A stretch of 62,431 nucleotides of DNA, counting the filler, from Diploschistes diacapsis (lineage: Eukaryota): assembly GCA_023645945.1 (NCBI GenBank). It is 5 parts of 5 records of this genome, joined end to end, with 100 filler letters (N's around TTAATTAATTAA, not from the genome) between each part and the next. Parts side by side here need not be neighbours in the genome. Positions count along the whole stretch, not along the records: positions 37,555 to 49,946 come from JALAIB010000747.1; 4 more parts are not named here. One strand, given 5' to 3'. The notes below the pieces were generated by a model, which ran no database searches, was not told the origin of the DNA, and saw only the letters and a program-made list of their open reading frames with translations. This document shows positions 37,455-50,046 of the stretch, in pieces. A program made the translations under genes and the position numbers. The first letter of the stretch is position 1; each line of letters begins with the position of its first letter.

Positions 37455-37554
37455 NNNNNNNNNNNNNNNNNNNNNNNNNNNNNNNNNNNNNNNNNNNNTT
37501 AATTAATTAANNNNNNNNNNNNNNNNNNNNNNNNNNNNNNNNNNNNNNNNNNNN
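37455..37554. other. Artificial contig-joining spacer
   Basis: 44N-TTAATTAATTAA-44N. Confidence 0.98.
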
Positions 37555-38202
37555 GTTCGAGGGGTGGGATTTGGTGGTGGCGACGTTGGGGCGGGGCTGC
37601 GCTTGGCCGGGCCTGGTGAAGGCCGACGGGTTGGGGCGGTAGGCGAGGTCGGAGGGTGCTTCTTCTTCGTCGTCTTGGATCTCCGAGGAGGATGAGGAGG
37701 AGGGGTTGGAGCTGGCGTCTGAATCGGAACTGTTGGACGAGGCGGACGGCTTGGACTTCTTCGCTGTGGGTTGCGTCTTTGTGGGGTTTGTCCCACTGGG
37801 CGGCTTCGTGGATTTTGCGGCCGCCTCGTCGGCGGTGCGCACGACCTTGTCGATTTGGTACCGTAAGCGGCCTTCTAGGGGCTTGACTCCTCGTTCGAGG
37901 TAGACTCGTAGCTTGACGAGCCTTTTGACGGTTGTTGAAAAGGCATCTCCGTCGTCTTCGGGCTTTTCCTTCTTAGTCGCCGTATTGTCAGACCAGGTTT
38001 CTTTGGCTTCGCGGAGCTTGATTATGATCAGGAAGACGAGGTTGTGTAGGTATGAGAGGAAGAGCTCGTTTTTGGTGTCGAGTAGGGAGATGCCGTCGGA
38101 TGGAGGCATGAGCGTGTCGGTGGCGGGGAGGACATCGGATGCGGACTTGAGGGAGTTAGTCAAGGCCGTGAGGAGTGGAGGAAGCGTCGAGGCTGCGGTC
38201 AT
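37555..38202 (-). CDS. LCP5: U3 snoRNP/SSU processome protein of the Sas10/Utp3/C1D family (Lcp5/neuroguidin), 3' truncated
   Basis: GISLLDTKNELFLSYLHNL, LVKLRVYLERGVKPLEGRLRYQIDKV and LAYRPNP. Confidence 0.88.
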
Positions 38203-38939
38203 GGTGAGCTTTCCTCAAGATTGCTTATAGAACCTGTAAGACAATATTTTGACTTTGTACAAGGTAAATCCGTTCTCTGTGGAGAATGGGAGGGGAGATT
38301 TTACCTTCTCTGATTGGCTAGCGGCTTGTTCTACACTTCGCCTCCTTTGGGCACTGTCTTTTTACTGTCTCTACCGAGGATTCCCCAACGATGAGATACC
38401 GGGATAATTTTATTGAAAATACTCCAGGGCTTTATGAAACCCCGGAAGTGATGTTTAAAACAAGTGGCATACAACAACTCTTTTGTCCTTCCAGCCCTTT
38501 GGTGGCGAAGAAGTGGTAGTGTGCCAGTTATTCGCCCGCCAGAAAGGCAATTTCTATTGCGATAGAACTGCATCTTGTCCTCTGCCCTAGCATAGCAGAA
38601 CGAATCCGGACGTCTCCCGGTATACAAGGCGAGGAAGAGTCTGATTCAAGACCAGCTCCATGCCATGAAAGGGCTGAGACATTATCATTATATATCCGAC
38701 CTTGTTATTGACCACTTCGATAACATTTCTAACTGTCCTAGTCTTCTTCATGCAGCCGTGCTCTTTCCCTACTCTTTCAAAGTAAAGATACTGTCAAGGA
38801 AACATACTGATTGAACTGTCCGCTTACAATTTTTCTAATTACATCGGCTAGCACTGGCCTCACGAAATTCCAGCTCCTCGTCCTTGTCCCCCAATACCCT
38901 CATATCGGTCGAAGGATAGACCGGTAGCTTACGAGTCGT

Positions 38940-39130
38940 CGGGACTATCGCGGGTGGGAGTCTGAGATGCTCCAATTCTTACTCAAGACGTCTGCACAAA
39001 CAACGGTTCCGTGGCTGGCGAGCTTTAGCACGGCAAAAGGCACGACTTAATCGGGACCGACAAGCTCCAAGATCACATTCAACCCCTTTGGGTAAGGCCT
39101 GGGAATCTCCTTCTCGAGGTCCTTCTCATG
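38940..39130 (-). pseudogene. Fragment resembling an MDR/zinc-binding quinone oxidoreductase
   Basis: Translates as GLNVILELVGPD*VVPFAVLKLASHGTVVCADVLSKNWSISDSHP, with an in-frame stop. Confidence 0.3.
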
Positions 39131-39260
39131 GAATAGTGCGAGGTGGCAGGGCAATTCAGCAGCTCACTATAGAGTCGCATATCTAAAAATCCCGAATTTA
39201 CATATATCATGCTTCATGCTTCACGCCCATGCTTCTGTAAACTAAAACAAAGTCTCCACG

Positions 39261-41716
39261 CTACACCATCAACCCCTCGATCTCCCTAGTCACAGCCTTG
39301 ATCCTCGGCTCCTTGTTCGTCGTACCGACCTTGCTCAACACCTTTGGAACTTCATAGACTTCTCGGGCCGCAGTTGCCGCCTCTTCTCCAAGCGTAATAA
39401 ACGTCCCTAGCGCTACTAGCGCGCGATACACGGCCTCAGAGTCTTTCTCTGCACCGAGCAAGCTTGACAGATCTTCCAGGAGTGCAAACGCGCGATCAAG
39501 CGAGGATGGGAGGTTCTTATGCGTCTCCGACGTACACAGCACCGCATAGTTGATGTAGAGCGTCGAAACGGCGATTGTGAGGTTCCTATTACTGTTGCCT
39601 TTGCATAACGGCTGCACGAGCTTGTGGATCTCGGTGAACTTCTCGTCGGCAAGCTGTTGCCCCTTCCCGGTCTCGAAAAGGTTCGCAAGAGCGCGAACGG
39701 CAAGCATGACGTTGTTGGGGCGCTGCATGTCCGAAACGACGCCGCTTTCTGTAAAGATCTCCACCAGCGAAGCGGAAGAGGATGTGCGGAACGAAGCGGC
39801 GGCAGGAGAAGCGGCGGCCAGGACGCGGAAGAGGTCCAGAACAGGGAGGCAGTTGGCGGGCGGCCATAATGTCAGAAGATGAGCGAGAATCTCGACGCCC
39901 TCTTCCGCGGAAGGGTCTGATGAAGCTAATTTAAGACTGGTCTTCTCGAGAGCAGTGGTGAGGCTGCGAAGGATCGAGATCTGGCCTTGGCTCAAAGTTC
40001 CTTCTTTAGCGCCAGAGTTCAGGAGCTGTTCGTTGAGCTCCTCGATTTTCTTCTGAATCGTTTTGAGGTTTCCAGTTTTGATAGAAAGATACTGTGATTG
40101 GGGTAGCAATTTTGGGCGTTCTGTTGGAAGCGCCGGTTCGCTCGATGTCTGCATAGCATTGCCAGGTCGGTACCTGGATTCAGAGCCCCACGGGTCTGCG
40201 CCTGGAGGTGCTTGCTTCGAAGGCTGTGATGACTGGCCCAACGTAGCTCCCTGAGTATTCGTGGTGATAAAATTTGCAACCTCATCGAGGTAGGTCAGTG
40301 GTAAGTCGTTGTCCTCAAGGAATTTCGTGGCTGCTTCGTAAGGATTTTGCGAAAGGTTGTAAGGAAGTTTGAGCGGAGGCTTCCCTTCCGCGATGTCAAC
40401 ATCAAAGACATAGTCGTACTCTTTCCCCAGATAGTCTATCTTCTTCCCACTACTTCCAACCGCATCTACAACCGTGCCTACGTTAACCCACTGGCTGCTA
40501 GCCATAGACCATGTGTGTGCCGTGATGCTGCCATTAGCTTCGCGAATCATAACCACCTGTCCCTCTTTCGTTCCAGACTTTTGAGTCAGAAATTCCGGGC
40601 CAGGCAGCTTCTCCTTGTTGATCTCACCTACCTGCTGTTGGGGTATTGAGGAACCTTTGACAGCCTCTTCGAACATCTGGATAGTCTGTTGATCAGCTTG
40701 CCGCGCGGCCTCTCTTGTAAAGACTCTCAGTATTCGGTCACTCGCACCACTGACGATATCGCCGTTTTCCGGGCAGACTGCCACAGTCCAAACAGAGATT
40801 GCCGGATGGGTTATGGTCTGGACGCATTGATTTCCCCTCCAGACCCTGACTGTACGATCTTCGCTCGAGCTGACCAGCTCTCCGTTAGGTAGGCTTGCTA
40901 TGGAATAAATGAAGTTCTCGTGGCCATGTAATTGTGCGACTTGACGGCCGTCAATGTCCCATAGTCGTATGATCCCATCGTTTCCAGCGGATGCAAAATC
41001 AGCCTCGGACGGATGGTTTTTTGGTAGTTTGCACAGTGCTCTTACTATATCGGTATTGCCCTTGATCCTTCGCAAGAGCTTGCCTGCTGGCGAGAATACC
41101 CGGATAAGCTTATCAGCGCATGCTATCTCGGGTTAACGATTATATGCAGAAAGCGCCATAGTATTTTACCTGTTATAATAGTATCCTTATCGTAAGCAAG
41201 AACAGACCACACACTAGCTTCGTGGCTTTCAAGCACCGCGACACTTTCCCACTTCTCCACGCTCCATACTCTAGCTGTTGCATCCCAGCTGCCACTGACA
41301 ATCCATGTCCAGTCAGGGCTCACGTCGAGAGAGCAAACATTATGGGCATGACCGACAAGTAGTCTCTCGGCGTTAGTAGCCGGCGGTTTGCCAGGCTCGC
41401 GGACCTCTATTACTGTGTCCTTGCCTCCGGCTAGAATAAGACCATCTTGGTAATTTGAGAAAGGCGGGAGGAAAGCAATCGAATTGACAAAGGCTTGGCC
41501 ATGGGATGCTATTGTGTCGTCGAATTTGGGGGGGTGTTCCGAAACCCGAGTCCACACTCGAACCGTAGCATCCCTAGATGCTGAAAGGATGCGTTTTGGT
41601 TCCGGAAACAACACGCCACGAACCTGATAAAATTTAGCACAGATCTGGTTGAGCAGTAATTCCCATACGTCGTCTCCGTGCCCCTCTAGAGAAGCAGAAA
41701 GTTTGAACTCACACAT
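39261..41716 (-). CDS. DOA1: Ubiquitin homeostasis protein Doa1/Ufd3/Lub1 (WD40-PFU-PUL); introns 41668-41624 and 41169-41123
   Basis: WD40 repeats (LEGHGDDVR, VSGSWDATARVW), PFU domain (GKEYDYVFDVD..LKLPYN..NPYEAA..FL) and a helical PUL domain. Confidence 0.95.
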
Positions 41717-42795
41717 GGTACAAAACAGCTTGCAAAATGGGGTTGGGGCTCAAGATGCAGCGAGTCGTGTGGTTTGTTTTGAAAAGTGTGCTCTGTAGCG
41801 GTGTTAAGAGGGTTACGGAAGGTCGTAGAACACTCCAACTTCAACCTTCTAATCAGATTGAGATTGATAGGACCATCTGGAGGTATTCAGTGGTTTTTCC
41901 AATTAAGGAGGACTTGCATATATGATTCGAATTACCTTTAGTTCACTGTTTTGTACGGTATGGGAGCTACAACAGCACCTGTCCAGCTTCTACTATGCTG
42001 TATTCACTTTGACAGTTCCACATCCTTTAACTGACAGAGGATGATGGCTTCATCATAATAGTGCTATCATGGGAGCTCTTCAATAATACTACAAGTGGGG
42101 TGGGATGAGCCATCAGCCACAATGCTGAGTCGGGGAGTGCCTCAGCCTCAGCTCCCCCACAAGCGATGCGCCACAGCTTGCACTTTCCACACAGGACGAT
42201 TCGGAGGTACTTCAGGGCTATATTATAGGCTGCTTCAACTTGTAGATAGTATCAAAAACCAAATTCAAACTGGTCAAACATATTCCAGAATATTATCGTT
42301 TTGACTTTCTTCAATCCCTTCTATGTTTCGTATATGATATCTCTTCCCATCGTATATTTAGCAGCATTGTGGTAGAAGTGCGTAGCGTGCAGTAAGCCAT
42401 CTATACCAACTATTTTTAATACCGTCTGGGAACTCAACGGAGGTTGCCTTGCACTCTGGCTTGGGATTTCTTTTCTATCATCAGCCTCTATTCTTAATCA
42501 CTCTTGCTTGGTTTTCCTCATTTCACTGATTGTATCATCTATTCTATTTTTCCCTTTTCGCTCCTTTCCACATTGCCCAGCTGGTATCCTTCAGACCGTA
42601 TTACAACTTCAGGGTACAATACTAACGGACCCTCGACCTTTCTAGTACCCTATATTTACCGCAGACTCTTTCAACTCTTAACGCTAATTTTCTGCTTCTC
42701 AACTATTCAGAGCATTCCTCGTGCGTGTGAAATTTCTCCCACGAGTTGCTGAGTTCTTTTCGCTGAGTCTAGCGGTCGCACTATCAAAATCAACC

Positions 42796-43922
42796 ATGAC
42801 ATCTTGTATAGTCTTACAGCTGCGACAGAGAAGGGTTGCTGCTGATATCACGTATAGCAAGGGTTCTTCCACTAACCTGTCACGGTCACTCACGTCCCAT
42901 CACACATCTGAGCTTTTCCCCTCTCCTTGAGGACGATGTATTCTACCTTATATCCGCCTGCAAAGATAATAATCCCATGCTGAGAGATGGCGTGACTGGA
43001 GATTGGATAGGGACTTTTGTTGGTCATAAAGGTGCAGCTTGGCAGAGCCGGATCTCTGACACAGGCTTGCTTGCCGCGACAGGATCCGCCGACTTTACAG
43101 CGTACGATCATTACCCGTTGAAGGGCGACGTATGGCTAATGGGCGCTGAGCAGAAAGATCTGGGATCCACAAACCGGCGAGTGTCTTCATACACTTCAAC
43201 ATAATCATATTGTTCGAGCTGTTGCGTTTGCTCCTGGGTCCAGCACTTCGTTTGTCGCTACAGGAGGCTTTGAGAAAAAGCTCCGCATCTACGACCTTCG
43301 CCACAGTCCTACCGAACATAACAGCTCGTCACCTACCACAAATTCAAATAATGCGTCGCTGGAGTCGAGGGATGCTTCCAGCTGGGAGATTGGGCCCGGT
43401 TTGCATGAAGGGCCCATCAAGTCCATTATTTGGGGACCGGACCAAAACCTGATCGTAACAGCAGCCGAAGATAAGAAGCTACGGTGGTGGGATATACGTC
43501 AGAGCAACCCGATCTCTACTTTCGCTTTGGACGGGGTATTGGGAGGATGCGAATTGAGTTTTTCTTCTAACGGCCGGAAGACTGATAGCTCCATTCTTTC
43601 TGTAGGAGCTGGAAAGACAGCCTACTTCTTTTCAGGAAAATATCCCGGCCAGCTTCTTTCCAGTCACAAGGCCACCGGCGAGATCACATCTGTAGCAGTC
43701 AATCTCACCGAGAACCGATTTGTCTTTGGCAGCAGCAACGACACCTTCGTACACGTCCACGACTTCAGCGATGGCTCAGAACAAAACGTTTACAAGGGGC
43801 ACCATGGGCCGGTCTGGAGTGTTAGTTTCTCGCCTGATGGCAAGTTATACGCCACAGGAAGCGAGGACGGAACAATCAAGCTTTGGAAATTTTGCAACGA
43901 AGCTTATGGCTTGTGGAAATAG
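42796..43922 (+). CDS. STRAP/UNRIP-like WD40 protein; introns about 42806-42857 and 43101-43153
   Basis: PLTCHGHSRPITHLSFS, LISACKDNNPMLRDGVTGDWIGTFVGHKGA and GHHGPVWSVSFSPDGKLYATGSEDGTIKLW. The first exon is inferred. Confidence 0.9.
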
Positions 43923-44987
43923 TTCGAGTTGCACGCGATTTGGATGAAGCCGAGGTCTTCATTTTGGTTTCTATGATACCCCCGTGTTTGCAGATAGAAT
44001 TAGTCATACCCTATCATCTTTACACCCATATCTTATTTGACAATACCAAAAAAAATTCAAAGAAAAATGTTCGCAGCACGAAAATCCAGCATATGGAGAG
44101 ATCGAGATGGCTACCTCATACAATAAGAGCCAGAAAGAACTGGTGTAAAATAATGCGTCAGTTAGACGTGGCCCCGATATCCGGACCGATGACCCTAGCT
44201 TTTTACCAATTAGGCCATAGTACTTTAATTTGGGGGTCGACTCTAATCGTCAACGTCAAAAGATGGGCACACCCTGACACCTAGGGACTCGACGAACATT
44301 GCAGGTTTCTGAGAGTTATGCTTGAGAACTAGAACTGACACTCATTTACAAGTACCCAAGCAAAGTTGGCCTCGTACTTTGCTTGTCCAAACGGATATTC
44401 AGAGAACCGAAAGGTGGAATTTCAGTGATTGGTAAGCTTCTAGGTAGCCACCTGTACTCGACACCGGCTTCTCGCCCCTGAAATACGAGCAGAAGCACTG
44501 GATATTTACATCAAAACCCGTCTCTTAGATGGTGTTGACATGAAGCTCGCTAATATGACTCGGTGCTTTGTAGCAATCTTGCAGAAATATCTTTCTGGAT
44601 AGTGGAGTGCATCGACAACACCGGAGGTCGACAGAGACTGGCAGAAGAGTCAGAGTGTGGAGCAAACTTTGGGCTGACCTTTTGTTGAGTGTTGAAATAT
44701 GTCCGCTACAGTGATGGGTATGATTCTTTCCTTTCCATTACGCTCCGTCTTTCCTTCCGGTATCCTGAGCATGTTGATCTGGGTTGCCCTGGGGAAAAAA
44801 CCCCTATTACAAGGCCCTCATGGAATTGGAACAGGCGGATGCTCAAGCACATATTCGAGAAGACGATAGCTCCATCTGCACTTGTCTATCTGAAAGTATG
44901 CTTCACTGGCTAACCTTTCTTTTTGGGGCCCGAACAGGAACACCTTACTCTCCGTCTTCTCCTCCCGATACCAGCTCCTCCGCTACT

Positions 44988-46783
44988 ATGTCCCCAGCCC
45001 ATCCTGACCGACCTATTCGACCACTACCCAAACGTACCCTGAGGGCTCGTCTCTCCCCCGAGATCGCTGGCACCATTGAGTACCCTCCAGCGCCAACTGC
45101 GTCCAACAATATGTTCTACGTGCCATACGCTGAAGCTATGGCGCAGAAAAATGGAGCCGCGATTAAGAACGCCTTGAGGGAGATTGACAATGCTATGTAT
45201 CGGCCAGCGGCAGAGACTGAGAACAAGGACAAGCACGGTTATCGTTTCAAAGGCAATGAGTTGGATAGCGAAGAGGAGGAAGAGTTGAGTCTCACACATC
45301 GGTACGAGGAGTATGCGTATCGTCCAGGTATAATGCCTGCTGTTTCGCGCGCCACCGCCAATGGCTTATCCCGGAACGCAGAAACCATATCTCAGGGGGT
45401 CGCATCCTCAAACGGTTCAGTGGATGGCTATGATTCTTTCGAGAACACCAACAACAAAAAGAAGCGAAAGATTCCCATGTCAGGAACTCCAGGACACCAT
45501 CCCTCATTTTCGATGTCTCTGTCTCAAGATCTCGCGAACATGGGGCTTTCAAATGGAGATGGCATAGATCCACGAGACAGTTCAGACGGAGGACTGGGAC
45601 ACTATTATGGGACCGGAAGTGCTGCAATATCGGCATCGGCCCCTGGTACCGGAATATCCGGTGCTGGAAGAGGTCGATTTGGACGCCCTGGACGCCGGGA
45701 AATTTCTGGTAGGGGCCCATTGACGTCGTCAATGAATAGTTCCAATGCATGGCAAAATGGTCGCTTGATGGGTCCTCGGCGAGACTATGGTTCAATGAGT
45801 AGTCTGGGAAGCAAGGGTAAGATGATGAGCAGAAGCATTTTTCTATGGCTGATGAAAAATCAGTTTCAGACACTCTGAGCGACCACAGAATCATCTCACA
45901 AGCCATTGCAGAGGCAGCTGCTCTGCCAGCAATGCCAAGCAACGGTCAAGAAAATATCAGTCTACTTGAGCAACAGTCCCTCAAGAAGCCTTCATCCGCC
46001 AACACTCAGTTCACCTTCACTTGCGAATCTGATGCGTCTAAAAGTGTGGTCTGGCCCGGTGACAGCTCTGTGGGACGTTCAGCATACTCCCACACCGCGT
46101 CACCTACCAACCCTACTTCGGCCGCCAATCAGTCATCCATGCACCATTCTCGAAAGGATTTCAACACACAGGGCACGCAGACCAGTCCGTCCATGGCGAA
46201 TCAACAAGGTCAGAGCGCTGCAGGTGGCCAGGCAGCCGGTCAAACGCAGAGAAAGCCGCGTCGGTCAGCAGCGAAGCGTTACGCAATGGCTGCGCGTGAG
46301 CGTCGTACTCAGCAGCAATACAACAACTACCATCATCCGCCAAAGGAAGACGAAATTTGGATCTGTGGATTTTGTGAGTACGAAAGCATCTTCGGCCGAC
46401 CACCGGAAGCTCTCATCAGAGACTACGAGATCAAAGATCGGAAGGAGCGTAAGCGCCTCGCGGAGAAGCGTCGTCTGCTTGAGAAGGCTAAGATGAAAGG
46501 TCGCAAGGGTAAGAAGGGGAACAAGAACAACGGCAAAGGTATCAGTGGCTCGGCTCAGCAACAAGCTACTCAGCCGGACTGCAACGCGGCCCATGATCAA
46601 CCGCCAACCCAGAATCATGGAACGCAGAGCGATGAGTATTTTGGAGACGAGTACGACAACGAGTCCGGTATCCCAATGGCAGCTCCACCCGAAATTCCCA
46701 CGCGCATACCCCAGCCTGTCGTTCAGCAGCCTGGACAAAGTACCCGAGTTGCTCATGGAAGCGGAGTGAATCGCCCGGGTTGA
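44988..46783 (+). CDS. Conserved hypothetical fungal protein (possibly Ibd2-like C-terminal motif); intron about 45817-45863
   Basis: Two long overlapping ORFs joined by GTAAGA..CAG. Motifs RPIRPLPKR, YDSFENTNNKKKRKIP, QFTFTC and WICGFCEYESIFGRPPEALIR. The start may extend upstream. Confidence 0.8.
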
Positions 46784-47706
46784 CCAGACTCCATGAACCG
46801 TCTATCAAGATTTGCTCATCCCTTACCTTCTCCGGCAGCACTCGTCATAACCCTAGCCTTGCTACTCCTGCCATCCAACCAAGGTGGCTGCGGCTATGAC
46901 TACGGTTCTGAATTTCCTAGGGTTTCCCCGCCTGCAACTGTGTCAAGTCGGACCCTTTTCACCTCGAACAGCTTTTACTTCTTTTTTAGTCTTCCGCTTT
47001 TTATCTGCGGCCTCTAGTTTCATTTGTCCTTGGCATCGTCAAAGGATTTCGCATAGCGGTGGAGCAATGCATCCGCGTTCAGCATCATGGCCTCGAGGTC
47101 ATCCTTTCATGGAAGCATTCTATCGTGTATTAAAACTCCTCTCCGGTCACGGAACTCATGTGTGGGGTCCTGTGACTCCTGCCGTTGTATTTAGGAATCT
47201 TATCCAATCCGATAGCCCAAATTCAAGCGTCCCGGATTAAGATGGGTGACTTGAGTGGTGTTGTACTTTACCCCGAGCACAACTAGCATCCGTGTATAAT
47301 GTACACATAAATCCTCCTCACCATTGATGGACTTAATCCGTAGATCCCTGACTTACGTGGTTCTTTAAGTGAAAGGTAAAACAGTCCTGCTTCGCATCGC
47401 ATCACGGCCTCCAACTTCCGAGTCAGTCCTAGGGCTGCTCTAAGCCTTACGTTAGGCTTTATGGAGACTAGCTCCAGTACCTTGGGGCGGAGCCGCGCCT
47501 TCAACTTGAAATTGTCCTGTTCCATTGCGCTTCATGTTTTAAGAGCTATATAAACCGAATCACTATCTCAAGCATAGCGCCACAAATCCTGCTCGAAATA
47601 GGGGCTACTATTCTCGTACCCGTTACCTTTTTCTATATCTCGCTATATTGCCAAGAGTATCCCAGTAATTAAGACTGTTCTGCTATTACTTGAGAATATT
47701 TGAAGT

Positions 47707-49372
47707 ATGGATCGTGCACTGGATGAGGTAATAGGCGAGCGGCAGGTCAGTCTTTTTAAGGGAGAAGTTAATAATCTATGGTGGAACGTGGTGACTAACA
47801 CGAATTGAAACAGAAAGCCAAGCAGGGTGGTCAGAATCGTCGTCGTAACGAGTGGCCTCACGGTAGCTCAAGAAAGGTAGGCGCTGTCCATGTCTTACCC
47901 CAGAGATCGAGGCCTACTAATGCCAGAACTGCCAGGTTATTCCGCCTCATTTTCTGCCCACCGTAGGCTATCGCCTTCCGCTGTGTCGCGTGGTACACTT
48001 GACGCAATGCCGATGGAAGGGATCGATGGAAAACGGCTTTTCGAATAATATATGACGCTTGAACCGAAGCTGACCTGTGCCATTTCATGGCTGTGTAGAA
48101 CGAAAGAGACGATAGGGGCCGACTTGATGAGTATGCTTGCATTTACCGGACTCATGAGCAGGTTATGGCTAACTGGCTGGCTAAGGGACTGGATCCACGA
48201 CAGATACGATGACGAAGATGACTACGGCTGTAGGTAGCAGTCGCTGGTGAGCAGCTGACTCCACATACTAAACACAACGCCAGCCCAACCGATGCCTCGC
48301 TATGCACGCAATCGCCGCCGTGACCGCGGCTCTACGGAACCCGACCTGTACGCCTTATCCCTTGGCCCGCCTACAGGCGCCTCCTAACAGCCAACAACAG
48401 CTTCGACAAGTCCGTCAAACTTCGCGTCGAGAACGTCCACTACGACCTGACTGAAGACGACCTCCGAGTAAGGTCTTCCTCGCACCTCCAGCCAGAACCT
48501 CACTAACCGCAACTTTCCCAACAGGATCTCTTCAACCGCATTGCCCCCATAACCTCACTCCACCTCTCCTACGACCGCGCCGGCCGCTCGCTGGGCACCG
48601 CATACGTGACCTATCGCAGTATGGCTCCCGCCCGCGAAGCAATCCGCGAGTTCGACGGCGCCAACGCCAACGGCCAGCCCATTCGCCTCACGCTGCTGCC
48701 CACGGGCCCCGCTGCCGACCGAGCTGGTGGCCGCGCCAGTGCGCCGCGCAATCCATTCGATACAGCGGTCAGGCCTGGCAGAAGTTTATTCGAGAGAATC
48801 GAGAGGAAAGATGAAAGCGGAAGTAGGAACAAGGATACCAGAAGGGATGGAAAGGATAGAAGGGATAGGAGTAGGAGCCCGGGGGCAAGGAGGACGAACA
48901 CGAGGAAGCCTCCACCGGAGGGGGTGGATCGGTACGTGCCGGGTGAGGAGGGAGGGGAGAGATCGAGATCGCCTCCACGGCGAAGAGGGAATGGAGGCAG
49001 AGGCGCAGGGGCCAGAAGAGGTGAAGCTAGAAGAGGAGGCGTGGGCGGAGGTGCCGCAAAGGGCGCCGGCAGGGACGAGCCCGGAAGACCGATAGTGCAG
49101 GGCAGGCCGCGCTTCACTGCGGAGGAATTGGATAAAGACATGTAGGTGAAGCGGTGCAAGACTGGGGGAATCTTGGGGTGGCTTATGCTGATGCGTGCAT
49201 GTACAGGGACGACTACTGGGGGGCTAAGAACGATGCGAACGGTGACACGACCGGTACGACCGCCACCACGAACGAGACGGCGGCGCCGAACCTGAACCAG
49301 GCGGCGACGGGCGCACCAATGGAGCCGGTGCTGCAGCGTGGTGATGACGGGGATATTGACATGGCAGAGTGA
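47707..49372 (+). CDS. Yra1/Yra2-ALYREF-like RRM mRNA export adaptor, multi-exon
   Basis: N-terminal MDRALDEVI, DWIHDRY, RRM (LRVENVHYDLTEDDLRDLF..YDRAGRSLGTAYVTY..AIREFDGANANGQPI), an RG-rich region, C-terminal TAEELDKDMDDYW and seven GT-AG introns. Confidence 0.85.
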
Positions 49373-49946
49373 ATTGGACTGAACTGGGCTCCTGCTTCCA
49401 AACGCAATTCTCCCTGTATAGGTAATATGTTTGTTACTGGGGTGCGTTGCAAGTCTGAAACTTCACACGTGGTAGTACGGTTGAAGCTCCTTTGAGATTG
49501 AATGGAAAGGGCGAAGATTTGTCGTCTCTTTACTTGGCGTAATTGGCGCCGCGAACTTGTACGAGATGGTTAGACAACTTGCGAAAAAAAGCGGGATCAT
49601 GGCGTCATATGAAGGCCTCTTGCATCTGATTCTGTTCCGTCGACTTTCCCTCCACTTGACGGTATCGTGGCCCAAACGGTACAGAATCGAAAAAGAAAAA
49701 CAGATCTGATGGTATCAACCCCTTCCTTCCTCTAATCTCCCAGCTCCTCTACACCTCCGCCCAGGACGAAGAAGATTTCTCCACAATAAGCTCAATAAGG
49801 AGCTTCCAATCCTCCAAGCACTTGAAGCAAATCCCACCCTTCTCTTCCTTTTTTCAGCACAACCAAAAGCAATGCCACCACAGGCTCCCAACCAAAAAAA
49901 AAAAAAAAACGCCCAAACTCCCCACAAACCACTACCGCCCGATCCC

Positions 49947-50046
49947 NNNNNNNNNNNNNNNNNNNNNNNNNNNNNNNNNNNNNNNNNNNNTTAATTAATT
50001 AANNNNNNNNNNNNNNNNNNNNNNNNNNNNNNNNNNNNNNNNNNNN
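49947..50046. other. Artificial contig-joining spacer
   Basis: 44N-TTAATTAATTAA-44N. Confidence 0.98.
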
